Position numbers and translations under genes: made by a program. This document shows, piece after piece, positions 12,111 to 23,095 of a stretch of 64,000 nucleotides of DNA. The stretch is from Anthoceros angustus. Taxonomy: Eukaryota; Plantae; Anthocerotophyta. The notes beneath the pieces were generated by a model, which was not told the origin of the DNA, searched no databases, and saw nothing but the letters and a program-made list of their open reading frames with translations. Position 1 is the first letter of the stretch. Each line of letters begins with the position of its first letter. The stretch is from the NCBI GenBank assembly GCA_010909165.1, contig MU008177.1, positions 682,001 to 746,000 of the forward strand, read 5' to 3'.

Positions 12111-13330
12111 AGTGTGTTTGACGGACTTGGTCAGAAAGATCTGGTGACAGGGAATGGCTTGATTGCAGGGTATTCCCAACAGGGCATTGGGCAGAAAGCC
12201 CTTCGGCCCTACTGTGAGATGCAACAAAAAGGCATCTCTGTACCCAATTCTGCGACGTTTTTTTGTGCCTCCTGCAGGCATGTGCCAGTCTGGGCACGTC
12301 AGCTTTGGGGAATGGAGAGCAGCTTCATGGGGAAAGAAGGAGGATATCAAACTTGTCGGCCGCGTTTTGGTTAATATGTAGGCAACGTGTGGCAGCTTGG
12401 AAGATGCTCAGAGAGTGTTCGATGGACTTGCTCAAACAGATGTGGTGACTTGGGCTGCTATGATAGCAGGGTATTCCCAGCAGCGAATGGGCCTGGAAGC
12501 CCTTGGTCTCTACAGTGCAATGCAAATTCTGTCACAAGTGTGTGCTTCCTGCAGGCAGTGGGCACTCTGGCTCTGGAGAGAGGGAAGCAGATTCATGCAC
12601 AGATTGCAGAGGTGAGACATCAAGCTGATGTGTTTGTAGGCAGTAGTTGGTGAACATGTTTGTGAAGTGCGACAGGATGGAAGACGCTCAAAGAGTGTTT
12701 GACGGACTCGGTCAAAGAGGCTTCTTGACATGGAACAGCATGTTTGCAGGGTATGGGCCAGAAAGGCCCCAATGCCATCCAAGAAGGCAGCAATGTTTGT
12801 GAAGTGCGACAGCTTGGAAGACGCTCAAAGAGTGTTTGACGGACTCGGTCAAAGAGGCTTCTTGACATGGAACAGCATGTTTGCAGGGTATGGGCTAGAA
12901 AGGCCCCAATGCCATGCAAGAAGGAGGCAATGCTGTCCCCGACTCCATCACGTTTGTGTGCCTCCTGCAGGCATGTGCAAGTCTGGGAAGTCCAGCTGTG
13001 GGGAAGGGGAATCCAAGGAGCTTCATGCTGAAATTAGAGAATGAGGACATGAAGCTGATGCCTTTGTAGCTAACAGTTCGGTAAACATGTATGCAAATTG
13101 GAAGATGCTCAGAGATTGTTTGACGGGCTTGGTGAGGAAGATGTGTTGACGTGGAATGCCATGATAGCAGGGTATTCGCAGCAGGGCATGGACCAGAAAG
13201 CGCTGGTTTTGTACAGCTTTATGCTAGACAAAGGGATTACTGGGGAACTTTGTTGTGTCTCCTGCAGGCATGTGCAAGTGTGGGCTCCCCAGCTTTGGAC
13301 ATGGGGAAGCAGGCTCATGCGCAAATCAGA
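12111..13330 (+). pseudogene. Frameshifted PLS-class PPR relic containing a ~123-bp internal duplication (12656-12778 / 12793-12915)
   Basis: EDAQRVFDGLAQTDVVTWAAMIAGYSQQ; FVKCDSLEDAQRVFDGLG; EDAQRLFDGLGEEDVLTWNAMIAGYSQQG; CLLQACASVGSPALDMGKQAHAQI. Many stops and frameshifts. Confidence 0.9.
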
Positions 13331-13609
13331 GGAGGTGGTCATCACAGTGATGGGTTGCTATCCCGGTTTGGTCGCGCTGTAGCAAGCTCACGGCAGTAAC
13401 CGAAAAATTATGATGCGCAGCAGCTCCTCCGGGAGGTGCTCCAACGCTTATCCCTCCATCCTTGCAAGTTGCCATCACTGTCGGAACAGTGAGCTCGGAG
13501 TTACATAGAATGGAACCCCTAATAAGCTTGGCAACTGCCCTAGGTTCGCTTCCGTGTTGCGTCCGGGGCCCAAGCTTGTGCACCGGCAGGAAGATGCGGT
13601 GTTGCCAAA

Positions 13610-14890
13610 ATGGGGAAGGCTGCTAGAGCACCAAGAAATCCATCAAGAGGCAGCTGGGAGCAGCTCTGGCTATTCGGCGCAAGCTGAAGCCTTTGGAAAA
13701 TGCCCTGCCCTGCTGCAGGTAAGAATTGGTTTGGTAGGAGGATGTTGACGATATGGACCTCATTCCGAAAAAAGGTACGGTGGTTGGGATGAAGCACCAG
13801 TTCCTGATTGGCGAGGAAACTCCTGCGATTACATGTGGTTTTGATCCTTTTTCCAAATGGCAGGGCGATAATGTCGATGTCACACCTCAAGTTGCTGAGG
13901 ATGAGAGCTCTGAAGGTTGGCTTTGTGCTATTTCCCGTCATCCAAGTCCGTCACATGGGTTGCATGTGCACCTGTCTGTGCATTGGCTTCTGTTTCTCCT
14001 TGCCCAAACCATGAACTAGTGCTATGTGCATGATCTTCACAGATGAGGAGGAGGGGTTTCTGGGTGCACACAACAGAAAGCTGAGGTCAAAAGTCGACAA
14101 ACATAACATGGATTTGGCGATACTGAAGCAGAGGTGACATTTCAGAAGGTTGCCTCTTTATCGCTCTAATCAGTCACGAAGTTGTAAATGGTGGGGCAGG
14201 AAAAGCGTCCAAGTGATTGCCTCATTGCTCTGAAGGTGTGTTCTCCTGTCATATTTATTGGATCTTCTATGCCAACCAACTTGGTTTTGCCTGCTGATGA
14301 TTCTGCTTGCATTGGATAGTCATTCAAGGAGGGCTGTAGTGTTAAAGCCTCGTGCACTGTCTTTGTTACAACGTTTCTTGCAGGTACCGAAGCCTATTTT
14401 GAAACCTCGTGCTTTCCATGAGGAATGAGTATTTCGTGTTGTCGACCAGCTTGTGGAGCATCTTGCCACTGCAGTGGAGCTTTGCAATTGTATTCCCTGA
14501 ACTTGCTGTGGGTCCCTTGATTCACCTGAAAATGTTTTTGGAAGGGACAAGTGTAGATCGTTTTCGTCGTCTTGTCAGGCAGCTGATTGGACGGGTAACC
14601 TGTGGCTCAGAGGGTGGACAACTGGCAGTTGGTGACCGTGTCCAAGTCTGACCGCTTGGTTGGCATGTTCCAGATAGACGGCGATGTTGATTTTTTCACG
14701 AGACACCGAGAGAAAGTCACATTCTCCCCTAAGGATATCTCGGCTGACTGCATTTCCTCAGGTTTGTGGGCCCTGTTTAGGCTTCTCGTAGGCTACTCTC
14801 GTGCGTCTCACTGTGATGAGAAGAAATTATGTGCAAGTCCTTTATTACGGCATGCTGCCCAGCTGAGGCAACGAGTAGCAGATTGAGAAA
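13610..14890 (+). pseudogene. NOC2: NOC2/REBELOTE-like relic with introns retained and the central region deleted
   Basis: MGK..STKKSIKRQL...RRKLKP; ESSE|DEEEG..KLRSKVDKHNMDLAILKQ; LK|VPKPILKPRAFHEE*VFRVVDQLVEHLA; FPELAVGPLIHLKMFLEGTSVDRFRRLVRQLI; IDGDVDFFTRHREKVTFSPKD; DEKKLCASPLLRHAAQLRQR. These fragments are collinear with NOC2 as recalled. Confidence 0.75.
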
Positions 14891-14936
14891 AGAACCATCA
14901 GACATCCAGGTGTTTTGCCGGTCGGTCTAGAGACTG

Positions 14937-15026
14937 CAGACCCACCACACCGTCCCCTGTCTTCCTCAACGCAAGAGCGACATGCATCCCCACAAATCCT
15001 GATGCACCCGTCACCAGCACGGTCAT
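14937..15026 (-). pseudogene. GAE: Isolated Rossmann-motif fragment of a UDP-glucuronate 4-epimerase-like gene
   Basis: MTVLVTGASGFVGMHVALALRKTGDGVVGL (GxxGxxG) resembles the GAE N-terminal motif; no continuation found. Confidence 0.7.
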
Positions 15027-15199
15027 GGAATGCACAGAGGGCAGCACCTTCTCCAACGATGACCCCTCCCCCACGTAGCAGAGCTAGTGCCTAAAATTTT
15101 AGGAATACAGGGGGTTAAGACTCTGTGCGAGAGGGAGGGAGTGTCTAGACTGACGAGAGCGTGCTGTACAAAATCGTTTGCACATTCACTTACATGTAT

Positions 15200-15430
15200 T
15201 ACGTCCAGTGAAACATCTACTTACATCAATTGCTAACGAGGAGAATGCAGCAAACAAGCTGCACTGCCTGTGGTTAGATCTGTAGTCCTCAGGAGCCTGA
15301 TGGATGGCCCTTATGATGAGAATGTAGTACACCACGCTGTTAACCATTGTCAAGAATGAGAAACTCCGCAGCGCATTGAAAACTCCTTTCCTCGACTCCT
15401 TACACAAATATCTCTGATCGCTTTTATAGA
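15200..15430 (-). pseudogene. Degenerate duplicate of the DUF1218 3' end
   Basis: CKESRKGVFNALRSFSFLTMVNSVVYYILI vs CKELSKGFFSAGAASSFLTMVISVLYYILI; downstream UTR is also similar. Confidence 0.8.
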
Positions 15431-15630
15431 GAATATGGGATGGCGATTCTACGGTGAAGACTCTGTGCAAGTCGACATCATTTAAACTTAACAAAAGCGT
15501 GCTGTTCAAAACCAACTATGTACCCAGTTGTCTGTGCACATTCCGCATGAACATCTAGTACGTCCAGTGATATCAATTGCTGAGGAGGCGAATCCAGCAA
15601 GCAATCTGCACTTCTTGTGGTTCGAATCAC

Positions 15631-16257
15631 TCAAAGCCCGTCGCTAGGGTCTGAGGTCTCAAGTCGGTGGGGTTGGTTGGCCGCTATGTCATTGATGAGA
15701 ATGTAGTACAGGACACTGATTACCATAGTCAAGAATGAGGAAGCAGCTCCGGCACTGAAAAATCCTTTGCTCAACTCCTTGCAATGTATCAGATCGCTTC
15801 CATCGGAGAATGTCCCCTCAGTATGCGCAGTGTTCCTTATGGAGGCGACAAGCAACAATATCTCGGCGGAAAGAAAGGAAACCCAAACAAGGATGAAGGT
15901 TAAAAGTGCGGCTATAGGACGAATCCTGGGAAATATATCGCAATGGTAGGGAACGGCCCAGTAAAAGCATTTGGTCACAGCCAGGACGCCAAGATGGCCG
16001 AAGAGAAGGAACATCATGGCTCCAGCTCCGAATCCCGACGCCACATCGCTCTCGTATTTGCAATATACATGATGTCCATCCAGCTGAGAAGTATCTTCGA
16101 CGAAGGACAGTGAACCCTTGGTTCTGTTGGCTTCACCACCGATCGCAAATCCAATTGCAATCAAGTCCACCACGACCACAAACAGGATAACTCTGCATGA
16201 TACTGGCTCAAGGCTGCTCAAGCTGAATCTCTCTGCCATTCGTCCAAGCCTGCCCAT
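15631..16257 (-). CDS. DUF1218 family membrane protein
   Basis: VVVVDLIAIGFAIGGEANR; YCKYESDVASGFGAGAMMFLL; WVSFLSAEILLLVASIRNTAH; C..LSKGFFSAGAA. Four hydrophobic segments. Confidence 0.88.
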   Translation of the reverse strand: MGRLGRMAERFSLSSLEPVSCRVILFVVVVDLIAIGFAIGGEANRTKGSLSFVEDTSQLDGHHVYCKYESDVASGFGAGAMMFLLFGHLGVLAVTKCFYWAVPYHCDIFPRIRPIAALLTFILVWVSFLSAEILLLVASIRNTAHTEGTFSDGSDLIHCKELSKGFFSAGAASSFLTMVISVLYYILINDIAANQPHRLETSDPSDGL

Positions 16258-16930
16258 GCTGAATCCCTCCGAAACTCAGATTCAAATACCGTCCAAAGAA
16301 GGCGGCTCAGATGCCAGCCGCGGCTTCCTTCTCACTCAAACCGTTACAGAGTAGAGTAGAGTGCTGCCAGGACTACCGCTCCTCACATCTGCTCTCAACC
16401 TTTGATCCTTTCAACACGAAGCTACATTACAGAGAGGCACACGCACAAACTCAAATTCAATCTAGTCACAGGCAAAGCAACCAGGTGCGAGCTCAGTTGC
16501 CCCTGCGAAAATGGAGGGAAATCCGATGCGAGACAGCAGATCTGAGCAATTGCTCTCACCGATACCAGCGGAGAGTCCAGACGGAGGGGTGTTTCTTGCA
16601 TGCGAGATGATGGAGGGATGACAATTTCAAACCGATGTATGGCATACGGTAGTGTAATTGAAGTTATCTTCATTTCATAAATATATAATGAGGGTCTACC
16701 ATTTTTAAATTATCGGCAGCAAATGTTTTTTTATGAATTTAGAGACTTTATATAGATATTTCAAAGTACACATTGAAGTCCCTTGCTCAAATAACCCGAT
16801 AGAGTACTAACAACTGGCGTAACCCTATAGGGCACTAACAACTGGCGGCCTCGCACACTACAGAGAGAAGAGGGCATAATGGTTATAGGTGGGGATAGGC
16901 AGGACCCTATCCAAGTACCGATCCATCCGA

Positions 16931-17022
16931 GGGACGCTTAGCTGTGAACTTCCAATGAACTCATGTCTCGATATCAAGGGACGCTTATCTGTGGAGTTCC
17001 AATGAACTCATATCTAGATATC
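16931..17022. repeat. Two 47-bp tandem units
   Basis: gggacgctta.ctgtg.a.ttccaatgaactcat.tct.gatatc twice; similar words occur near 36700-36790. Confidence 0.75.
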
Positions 17023-17699
17023 GGTCCTTGAAGGGAGGGCATAGCCAACAAATGTGGCCCTAGCAGAAAATCTAACTACATGAACGCTGCCACTTGGAAT
17101 CTAGCTCCTCTTCACTTTTGGAGTCGCTTGAGGCAGTCTAGGGCACCCTAATCAAAGGGGCGACATACAAGCAATGGCAAACAGCAAGAATACAAACAAA
17201 GCAAGCACATAACAACATGCGGGTGCTAATTCGTTGGTGTAGCGTCGGTCCCGGTCTTTTGGCTTTCTTGCTTTTAATTTTCCGCAAAGGTTGACTAATT
17301 GTGTCGGGGCTTTTCTTGGGGATGATCTCCCAGATCGCTAAGGACCGAGATACATGTTGCTCTTCTTGCTCATATGATGGGACTGGCTTTCAAGTCTCTT
17401 CAAAGACATTTTGCCTCATCCCCTTTGTTTATTGTAGATCTTTGTGGACAAGGGAAGGACGTTTGACTCCCCCCTTAGGAACGGTTAACAGGAGTTTTTT
17501 TCGTTTTCTTTGAGTTCTGGTGTGAGGAATAAGGCGATATGCGTGGATAATAAGGCTGATCCGGCCATATCGCGGTAACCCGAGATAAGCGAGGTTTGCG
17601 GAAGGGTTCCGCAAGGTGATACCAAGGGGGCGATAGGACTCCGGAGTAGCTCCGGAGCGACCCCGGTGGAGCTTCGACGTAAAGCTAGCGATTTGCCAA

Positions 17700-18457
17700 T
17701 TTTTTAGGTTGTAAATGAGGGTGGAAACGAGGGTGGAAATGCTGCGACGCCGCGAGCGACGCAGCCTAAACGACGCGGCGAGCGACGCAGCCTTGCTGAC
17801 GATGCGGGCCAAAATGACGCGGCGGCGTTGGTGGGAAACGACGCGGCGGCGGAAAGCAGCAAGCTGAAACGACGCGGCGGCGTTGGTGGGAAACGACGTT
17901 GCGAGCGACGCTGGCAGGAAACGTTGGAAAGGACGCTGGAAACGACGTTGTAATTAAAGTTGTACTCTAGGTTGTAAAGTAAGGGTGTATGAAGGTTGTA
18001 ACGTATATTGTAAAATACATTGTAAATAGGCCCACTTTACAACCTAGTTAAGCTGTTGTTACAACCTCCTATTAACAACTCAAGTTTACAACCTAGATTA
18101 CAAGGCAACCACGTTGTAAATGGCATTGTCATTTAGGTTGTAAACGAGCCCAACATTGTAAATGACGCTGTAAATCGGCTACTCGGACACCTTACCCGTC
18201 CAGTTAGCTGACATGGCCGCCATGCCAGCAACTTGATGATGTGGCAATCTTCCCTGCCACATCAGCAACTTGATGACGTGGTAATCTTCCCTGCCACATC
18301 AACAACTTGATGACGTGGTAATCTTCCCTACCACGTCAGCATTTTTACAAGCTAGTTAAGCTGTCAATCTACAAACTTGTAAATGTTCGTTTTTACAACG
18401 TGAGGTTGTAAATTACGTTGTAAAATGCGTTGTAAAACACCTGCGATTCTTGTAGTG
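17700..18457. mobile_element. End of a CACTA (En/Spm) DNA transposon with subterminal repeats
   Basis: Terminal ttcttgtagtg at 18447-18457 is the reverse complement of CACTACAAGAA, the canonical En/Spm TIR. About 20 short TTGTAA/TTACAA words lie in both orientations. Three 37-bp hairpin repeats at 18226-18341. Confidence 0.7.
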
Positions 18458-19229
18458 GTTGTCTCGCACCCACGGTGGGAGTTTCAGCTCATACCAATGG
18501 TCGACGTCGGCTTCGGGGTCGTAGACGCAAGAGCCCATGCTCGGCCACTCATCGGATCCCACTACAAAGAGCAGACAGCCCCGCGCTCCCGCTCGAGATT
18601 CCAACCGATCCTGCAACAACGAGGGCGACAGGGACGTTGCCACCACATTCCACTCTCTACACAACGCACTTGACCGTAGCGGGCTCACCACCGACAAACA
18701 AGCCTGGATCTTGGTTAGCACGTCCGCAGGCAGCTCGCTCCAAACAACTTCATCCTCTATAGCCTGGAACCTTGCCTCCACGACTTCAAGCACAGGCAGC
18801 TCGCTGCAAACAACTTCGTCCTCTACAGCCCGGATCTTGACCTTCACGTCTTCAGGCACTTGGCTGCATACAACTTCGTCCCCTGCAGCTAGCTTGAACC
18901 TAGATCTTGGCCTCCACATTTTCAAGGACCTAGCTGCATACAACTTCGTCCTCTGCAGCCTGAACTTGGATCTTGGCCTCCACATCTTCAGGCGCCTGGC
19001 TGCATACAACTTCGTCCTCTGCAGTCTGAACCTGGATCTTGGCTTCCACATCTTCAGGCGCTTGGCTGCATACAACTTTGTCCTCTGCAGCCTGAACCTG
19101 GATGTTGGCCTCCACATCATCAGGCACCTCGCTGCACACAACTTTGTCCTCGGCCTCGATCTGGGACCCTCGCTCCGCCTGAATGGAAGACATGTCCAAC
19201 CTGCACCTACTGTCACCGGGTTGCATCAC
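18458..19229 (-). pseudogene. Truncated F-box gene with tandem 66-bp (22-aa) repeats; paralogue of 37692-38927
   Basis: EDEVVWSELPADVLTKIQACLSVVSPLRSSALCREWN...LLFVVG...CVYDP...WYELKLPP. Two in-frame stops and a frameshift within the repeats; 3' end abuts the CACTA TIR. Confidence 0.85.
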
Positions 19230-19614
19230 ATCAATTCAGTACCAGTAGTTCTAGTATAAAAACTACATCTACATGTATGAGCATAAAAGTGTTGTGTGGA
19301 CCTCATGCATATATCGATCTAATTGTGATCATTATTTGCATCAATGGAACTGCTTCCAACATAACTTTTTCATTAATTAATTGCTCCAGTAACTCCACGG
19401 TTTGGTTACGTTGAAGTTGCGTCTACCTGGTTCTGGTAGAAATCCTATGATGATATGCATACAGACACATGGGTATGGGGTGGATCTACGGATAGGGTGG
19501 ACCTACACATCCGTAGGTCCACCCATTGATGTACATCCTCCGAACGCAGAGTGAGCCCCACACCCACGAACTTAGACATAGGCAAATAATATTATGTTTA
19601 GGTTACAAGTATAT

Positions 19615-19730
19615 ACAAGTATAAATACATATATATACATACATAAATACGTGTTTCAGTCATATATACATATATATATATATACACACACAACAAGTCG
19701 GCCTGCAAACCGTATATATAGATAAACATA
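19615..19730. repeat. (TA)n/(CA)n microsatellite tract
   Basis: catatatatacatacata...tatatatacacacacaa. Confidence 0.8.
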
Positions 19731-20327
19731 TAAATAATCCAGAATCCTACTATACATAATCAGGTAAAAACAAGAGTTTTTAATTGTGTATGTGGAGCTT
19801 AAAAACAAAACAAGGGTGCATTGAAGAGGGAAGATAGATTATAAACGCATAGCTATGCAAAGGAGGCAAAATGGAAAGAGAATGACACCCACAGGGAGAG
19901 AGATAGAGTTCCTGGTTACCGTCATATAGGAAAAGCAAGAGGGGAAGAATAAAATAGTAGTGTGAGAGGGGAGCTCATTGTCACAATCATGTTGCAACAC
20001 AAAGAGGGAAAAATTATAAAATGAGTGTCATACTGGAGCATTAACTAGGAGTGTGAGGTGAAAGGAGAGACCAGAAGCAGGTTGTCATCATATGCTTGCA
20101 GTTGTAAGTGTTGGCATTAAAAAGCCTTAATAGATCTCGTGTTATAGACCTAGATCGAGGAGGCCGACGAGGCCACATGTCGGCTAGACCAGTCCACAGG
20201 TGGCCCGGCCGACATGTGGCCTCACCAACATGTGGCCATGAAGCTAGAATGGATGCAACTCGTCCAAATACTGATCCGTTCGAAGGTAGCGCTTTACTAT
20301 GGACTCGGAGTTCCGATAAACTCATGT

Positions 20328-20884
20328 CTAGATGTCACTCCTCGAAGGCAGCACATGATGCTCAAATATCACTCCTCCACAATTGGGACATGTATGATCA
20401 TAATTATTTACCCATGGCGTAATACACTTTTTATGAAAAAATGAAGGCACACATTTATTTGAGCGATCTCTTGATCCTTCACAATCTCATCAAAACAAAT
20501 GCTACATTTTATAGAATTGTTATCATCATGGCCATCATACATGATTGTTATCATATTTGGTTGTCTAGTAAAATTGTTACTATCCATGCTATCACCATGA
20601 CCTAGGTAGCTTGGACATTCCCGCCATTTGAGGGGCGTTGTTTTCGGACTATGAGATGGCATGGCGCGAGCAAGAGACATTTGAGTAATATAAACCTATT
20701 CATCAAATAAGTTATATATATATATATATGTTATATTACCCATATTATCACCATGAGTAGCGTTGGTCGCCGCTGTATCAGAACGGTCAATTGCCATTAC
20801 TAGATTAACTACTCGCCTGATAATTCGATTATTGTGTGGTAAACGCATTGGCACAACACCTTGAGCCACTTTGGAGTTCTCCAT
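20328..20884 (-). pseudogene. RING-H2 E3 ligase-like gene with an in-frame TAG and a 1-bp homopolymer frameshift
   Basis: CSICFDEIVKDQEIAQINVCLHFF, then one frame over HKKCITPWVNNYDHTCPNC. Adding one T gives a full C-x2-C...C-x-H-x2-H-x2-C...W...C-x2-C pattern. Confidence 0.75.
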
Positions 20885-21012
20885 CCTCTACACGCTACTC
20901 TGTTGAAGGAGGTTTGAGATTTAATTATTTTGTTCATGTCTTACCTCAAACTCCTCTGACCTATAATACATAAACTAATTGTATCAAAATTGTTTTGCAA
21001 TGATATCTCTTC

Positions 21013-21180
21013 AGCTTGGACTAATGAGCTTGACAATCTCTGAATACCCTCTTTAGCTTGGACAAATGAGCTTGACAATCTCTGAATACCCTCTTTAGCT
21101 TGGACTAATGAGCTTGACAATCTCTGAATACCCTCTTTAGCTTGGACTAATGAGCTTGACAATCTCTGAATACCCTTCTA
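21013..21180. repeat. 42-bp tandem repeat, 4 copies
   Basis: agcttggactaatgagcttgacaatctctgaataccctcttt. Confidence 0.95.
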
Positions 21181-22370
21181 AGCTTGCACTTATCTTTGCT
21201 ACCTCGACAAGTATCAAACATGTATACAAAGAAAAAATAAGCATGTTTTGAAAGACATGTGGTTTTCAAGGCCAAAATGACACACCCTCTTATGCAACCA
21301 ATCACAGCCTGTTGAGTGCTAAAGAAAAAAAGGATCGTCTGGAATCTCAGCGATGAGCAACCTTCCATAAGGCACAACTTTAATACTAGGCCTCCAATTA
21401 AATAGCCCCGGCTGTCCAATGAATCAACTCACAATGCACCTCTTGGTTGATTGTCTAGTTATATAAAACCACAGAAAGGCAATTCACAACCTTCTAGTTA
21501 TAACTCCTAGATGCAATAAAACTAAAACTCTTATACAGATGCCATCAACTCTAGTACACTCGGCTGATTCATATCCCACGGGCTCTCTCCTAATGGAGTA
21601 GTTGCTAACCCCGGATCCCGGCATTGTGCAACTTCCGCGCCTCCCCTAATGGAGCAGTTGCTAACCTCATATCACGGCCTTGTGTGACTTCCGCACTTGT
21701 CTCTATGTCCAAAGTCATAAATGCTTCGGGCCTGCAAAATCTTCCGTGGAATCCATGTCCCTTGCCTTTCCATAGCCTCGCCATGTACGCTCTACTAGTA
21801 GACATTTTATCGTATCTTTTAGGGTTGCCATTGCATCTCCCCGCGAATATCCTACCGTGCACAGGGGCTTATAACCGTGCACGGGTCTTACAACCGGGCT
21901 TGCGCCATATGTACTATGTACACATATTGGTTTCAAACCGGCTGGGGGAAGCTTTTAGGGGTGTGTGGGCCTTGGGGAGCGGGCAGCGGGCCAGTCGGGT
22001 TTGAGCTTCCTAAACTCTTTCCTGCCTTGTTTGCACTTGTTTAAATTTCCTTGAATTCGCAAATGTACCATGTGCCCTTACCGATTCTTGCTGGGCAGAG
22101 TGCGCTGGTGCTGCATGAAGCTGCATTGCTTGTGCCACTGCTTGTGTCCAAATGGCTTAGGCCAAATGGACACACATTTATAACAACGCCGTGATTAAGC
22201 ATCCTGAGCTTGGATCAGTACTTAGATGGGGTGCCTAAAGGGAGTGGATGCCCTTTGTGCAAGTAGCTTAGGCACACCATGGTACAAGTTGTTAAGTACC
22301 AAGTCCCATGGAGGAAATCCGTCCTTAGTGAACTAAAATAAAATTCTTCTTCTCTTCTTATCCTCATCGA

Positions 22371-22386
22371 ACCCTAAACCCTAAAT
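22371..22386 (+). promoter_or_regulatory. Double telobox (AAACCCTA-type)
   Basis: aaccctaaaccctaaa, preceded by a pyrimidine-rich tract. Confidence 0.5.
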
Positions 22387-23095
22387 CCTTATAGAAAGCT
22401 TATTCGCAGCTCGTAGCTGGAATCCTTATCGAAAGCTTTCTCTTGTAGCTTGAAGGGCGTGGATGACCAGATTCCCTTGCTCTCTTTGTCAATTTGACAA
22501 GTGAAGAGACTGGCCAAATTCTCTGTTGATATTCTCTGTTGGTCTCCACTTCGTCCCAACACCACTTCCGAACATGCAAGAGCTTGATGAATGCTGGAGC
22601 ATCTGATCAGTGGCGAGCTGCAGGCTAGCCTGTACTCGCGCCTCGCTCAGCGCCCTAGCTGGCTACGAGGCGCGAGTAGTTTTAACCTCAGTTAGGCTAG
22701 CTTAGCTAACTTATTAGGCCAGCTAACTGGCATTGGTAAACAGACTCAGGTCAGGACTCGGGTCAGGGTTCAAGAGTTTAAACGAGACTTGTCGTTCAAT
22801 TGTTGGCAATGACAGTTCAAGAGAGGTTCTGAGCTAGACGAGGTCAGTGTCCATGTTTCAGCTGTGAAAACTTGATCCAGACATCACTTCCATCACCAGA
22901 GCCGCTAGCAACCGGAATGACTTTGCTACTATGTTTCACACATAATCTCCATAGCTCGGCAGTCGAATCCCAAGGACAGATGAGCATTTTGCTGACCGTG
23001 AGAAGCATACCAAGCACGCAACTTGAAGAGGAAATGCCAGGAAGAGGACCGGCTGGGTGTTACACTGGCCAATCCCATGTCGCTCGGAGTGTAGA

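Noticed and set aside
16856-16866. CACTACA as the partner end of the CACTA element at 18457
   Set aside because: Only 7 bp match, and the flanking trinucleotides (gca vs gtt) do not form a TSD.
17460-17640. LTR retrotransposon PPT (minus-strand aagggggga) and PBS-like tggtatca
   Set aside because: No TG...CA LTR pair and no gag/pol motifs nearby.
18226-18341. Palindromic 37-bp repeats as a CRISPR array
   Set aside because: The units are contiguous with no unique spacers, there are no cas genes, and the context is a eukaryotic transposon.
19496-19527. 12-bp perfect inverted repeat gggtggacctac/gtaggtccaccc as a Helitron 3' hairpin
   Set aside because: No CTRR terminus at the expected short distance downstream.
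22371-22386. Telomerase RNA template
   Set aside because: No USE (RTCCCACATCG-like) plus TATA Pol III promoter upstream; a telobox is the simpler explanation.
22470-22510. miR156-like hairpin (ctctctttgtcaatttgacaag)
   Set aside because: The stem is too short and does not contain the miR156 sequence.
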